Source: Chiloscyllium plagiosum (lineage: Eukaryota). Taken from it: a DNA stretch of 32,691 bases. Below the pieces are notes generated by a model. That model was not told the origin of the DNA. It saw only the letters and a program-made list of their open reading frames with translations, and searched no databases. This document shows, piece by piece, positions 30,478 through 32,691 of the stretch (positions within the stretch are counted from its first letter, which is position 1; every line of letters starts with the position of its first letter). Location of the stretch: contig NC_057757.1 of the NCBI RefSeq assembly GCF_004010195.1, forward strand, positions 4,489,049-4,521,739, in the 5' to 3' direction. Both the position numbers and the translations under genes were made by a program.

Positions 30478-32691
30478 TTTTTTTATACATATTTTTATTG
30501 AAAATTTACAAGTTTACAAATAAAAAAAAAACCCAAGTATAAACATTGATATACAATTAAATCTTAAATAAATAATAGCCAAAATCTATCAAACAAAAGA
30601 AGAGATACTGAAATAAAAGACAAAACTTAACTAACTACTAATCTAACCTACAACTAACCAGAGTGTATGCTTAAACCTCTTACATTGCTCAAGAAAAGAA
30701 AAAAAACGACAGATAACACAGAAATTGAGTAGTAAAGTACATTTTCGGAATGTGTTAACATCAGATCGTAACAAAACCCGTAATCGTGCGGGATTCCTCT
30801 CCCAAGGGGCCCTGGACCAGCCAGGGTCACCATCTCAATTAAATAAAAGCCCTTGTTAGGATGGCTGAAATATCTGTATCTGTGTAATTCAAGAAGGGCT
30901 GCCATATTTTATAGAATAATTTGGTTTTTTTTTGGTGCACCATGTTTGTAAGGAAGTCAAGGGGAATATATTCCATGATTATTCTGTACCAATTCGAAAG
31001 TCTAGGAGGGCCCTCAGCCACCCAGTTCACCAAAATACTTTTCCTTGCACAGAAAGAGAGAATGGAAAATAATCTCTCCCCGTGCATATCCAGGGAGGGT
31101 AAGTTTGAAAAGCCCAAAAGGAGAAATACTGGATCCACTCTAATTTCCGTTCCCAAACTTTCGGTCAGGGCATTTGCTACTTTAGTCCAATATTTACGGA
31201 TCTTATGACAAGTCTATAAGCAGTGTACAAGAGTGCCCACATCTGTTTTACATTTGAGACACACTGGAGATGCTCCTGCCTTAAATGTTGCCAATCGGTC
31301 TGGTCCTATATGGGCCTGTGAAGTATCTTCAACTGAATGGCCTGGGTTCTGTTGCAGATGAAGATTTTTCTGGCATTTTCCCAAATGTCATTCCACATTC
31401 CTGTGGAGATTTCCAGCCCCAAATCCTGATCCCATGTTTTAAGCAGATTGTCCATATCTTCCGATACTTCATCATGATGAATGATGATAAATGATAAAGA
31501 GTGCTGACCGAAGGTACCCCCATTGGCCATAACACTCTACGTTCTCAGTCTGATTTATAAAGACCATCTAATTGCGTAGTCTTCTTCTGTATGTAATCTC
31601 GAATTTGGAAGTATCGAAAGAGATCACCATTAGGTAATCCAAATTTCTGATGTAGCTGTTCAAAAGACATCAGGGCCCCTTCCTTAAACAGATCCCCTAA
31701 ACAGAAGATACCCCTGGATCTCCAGAGTTTGAATGTGGCATCTGTAAGCCCCGGTTGAAACCACCATGCTCCCACTATCAGAGTATAGGAGGATGTTTTA
31801 TGTGAGTTGCCCTCATTTTGCCGCATTATATTCCAAGCTTTAATTGTGTTTAGTATTATAGGGTTCTTACATTGATCCGCAATGATTTTCCTCTTGCCTG
31901 AAAACAAGAGGTTAATAAGTGGGCATTTTACTTGAGAAGCCTCGATGTCCAGCCAGATTGATTGCGGCTCAGACAAGACCCAATCAGCTATGTAACTTAA
32001 TAGGGAACTTACCTGATATTTCCTAAAATCTGGGAAATCCAATCCTCCCCTTGCCTGTGGAAGCTGTAGCTTCCTCAGCTTAATGAGGGGCCGTCTATGA
32101 TTCCAGATAAAGGAACCCAACCAGCCATATAATTTACGTAGTGCCAGCCTCGACAAGATCACCGGAAGCATTCTCATAGGGTATAGGAGACGGGGCAGGA
32201 CATTCATTTTAATTAATGCTATTCTACCCAGCCAGGAAATTGGAAGGTCTCCCCATCGCTGGAAGTCCTGCCTTATTCTTTCCAGTAAATGCACAAAGTT
32301 AGCCTTGTATAACTGACCAAATACTGGGGTAATAAAAATGCCTAAATATAAGAAACCCTCCAGGGACCACCAAAAGGGAAAGTGGGATCCGTCCACTAAG
32401 TGGGGCATCATAGCAAGGCCACCCATTGGCATAGCCTCCGATTTTGAGAAATTAATTTTATAGCCTAAGAATGCACTAAATATATTAATAACTTAGATTA
32501 AGTGAGGCACGGACATCAGGGGATTACTGAGGAATAGGAGAATATCATCTGCATAAAGGGTAATTTTATGTTTACCTGTACCAATCCTCGGGGCCGTTAT
32601 ATTAGGACCAGCCCGTATAGCATCTGCTCGTGGTTCAATTATTAGCATAAATAACAATGGCGAGAGAAGACATCCCTGACGGCAGCCCCTA
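30478..32691 (-). mobile_element. L1-clade LINE, ORF2 3' half and 3' UTR; continues beyond the window
   Basis: RGCRQGCLLSPLLF, YADD (32544-32555), YLGIFIT, ISWLGRIALIKMNVLPRLLY, GGLDFPD, QLKILHR and CCHC finger CLKC..HCL*TC. AATAAA (30494-30499) and short A-tract. Contains stops and frameshifts. Confidence 0.92.

Noticed and set aside
31545..32432. 295-aa ORF as a host gene or active L1
   Set aside because: It is an internal stretch of L1 ORF2 bounded by an in-frame stop near 32493 and downstream frameshifts and stops.

Overview
Eukaryotic, repeat-dense genomic DNA from a cartilaginous fish, most likely a shark. This is inferred from HE1-type and SacSINE1-type SINEs and shark-type CR1 LINEs. 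The window covers part of a tandem, same-strand cluster of two-exon GPR139-like class A GPCR genes: a frameshifted 3' remnant (1-418), one intact gene (16288-17904, 624-bp phase-1 intron) and exon 1 of a third paralogue (28919-29018). A fourth duplicated unit (~4300-7290) may have lost its receptor gene. Most of the remainder is decayed transposons: CR1 LINEs, Rex1/Babar-like fragments, an L1, a Gmr1-like SCAN-gag Gypsy element with integrase before RT and an ~850-bp internal tandem duplication, SINEs, a tRNA-Gln pseudogene and several Penelope-like elements. The Penelope-like elements carry about ten hammerhead-ribozyme motifs and form head-to-head inverted structures with asymmetric tails and a five-level nested insertion pile. 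Most short ORFs in the supplied track are TE fragments or noise. All family assignments come from motif recognition by eye, not database searches, and boundaries of old repeats are approximate.
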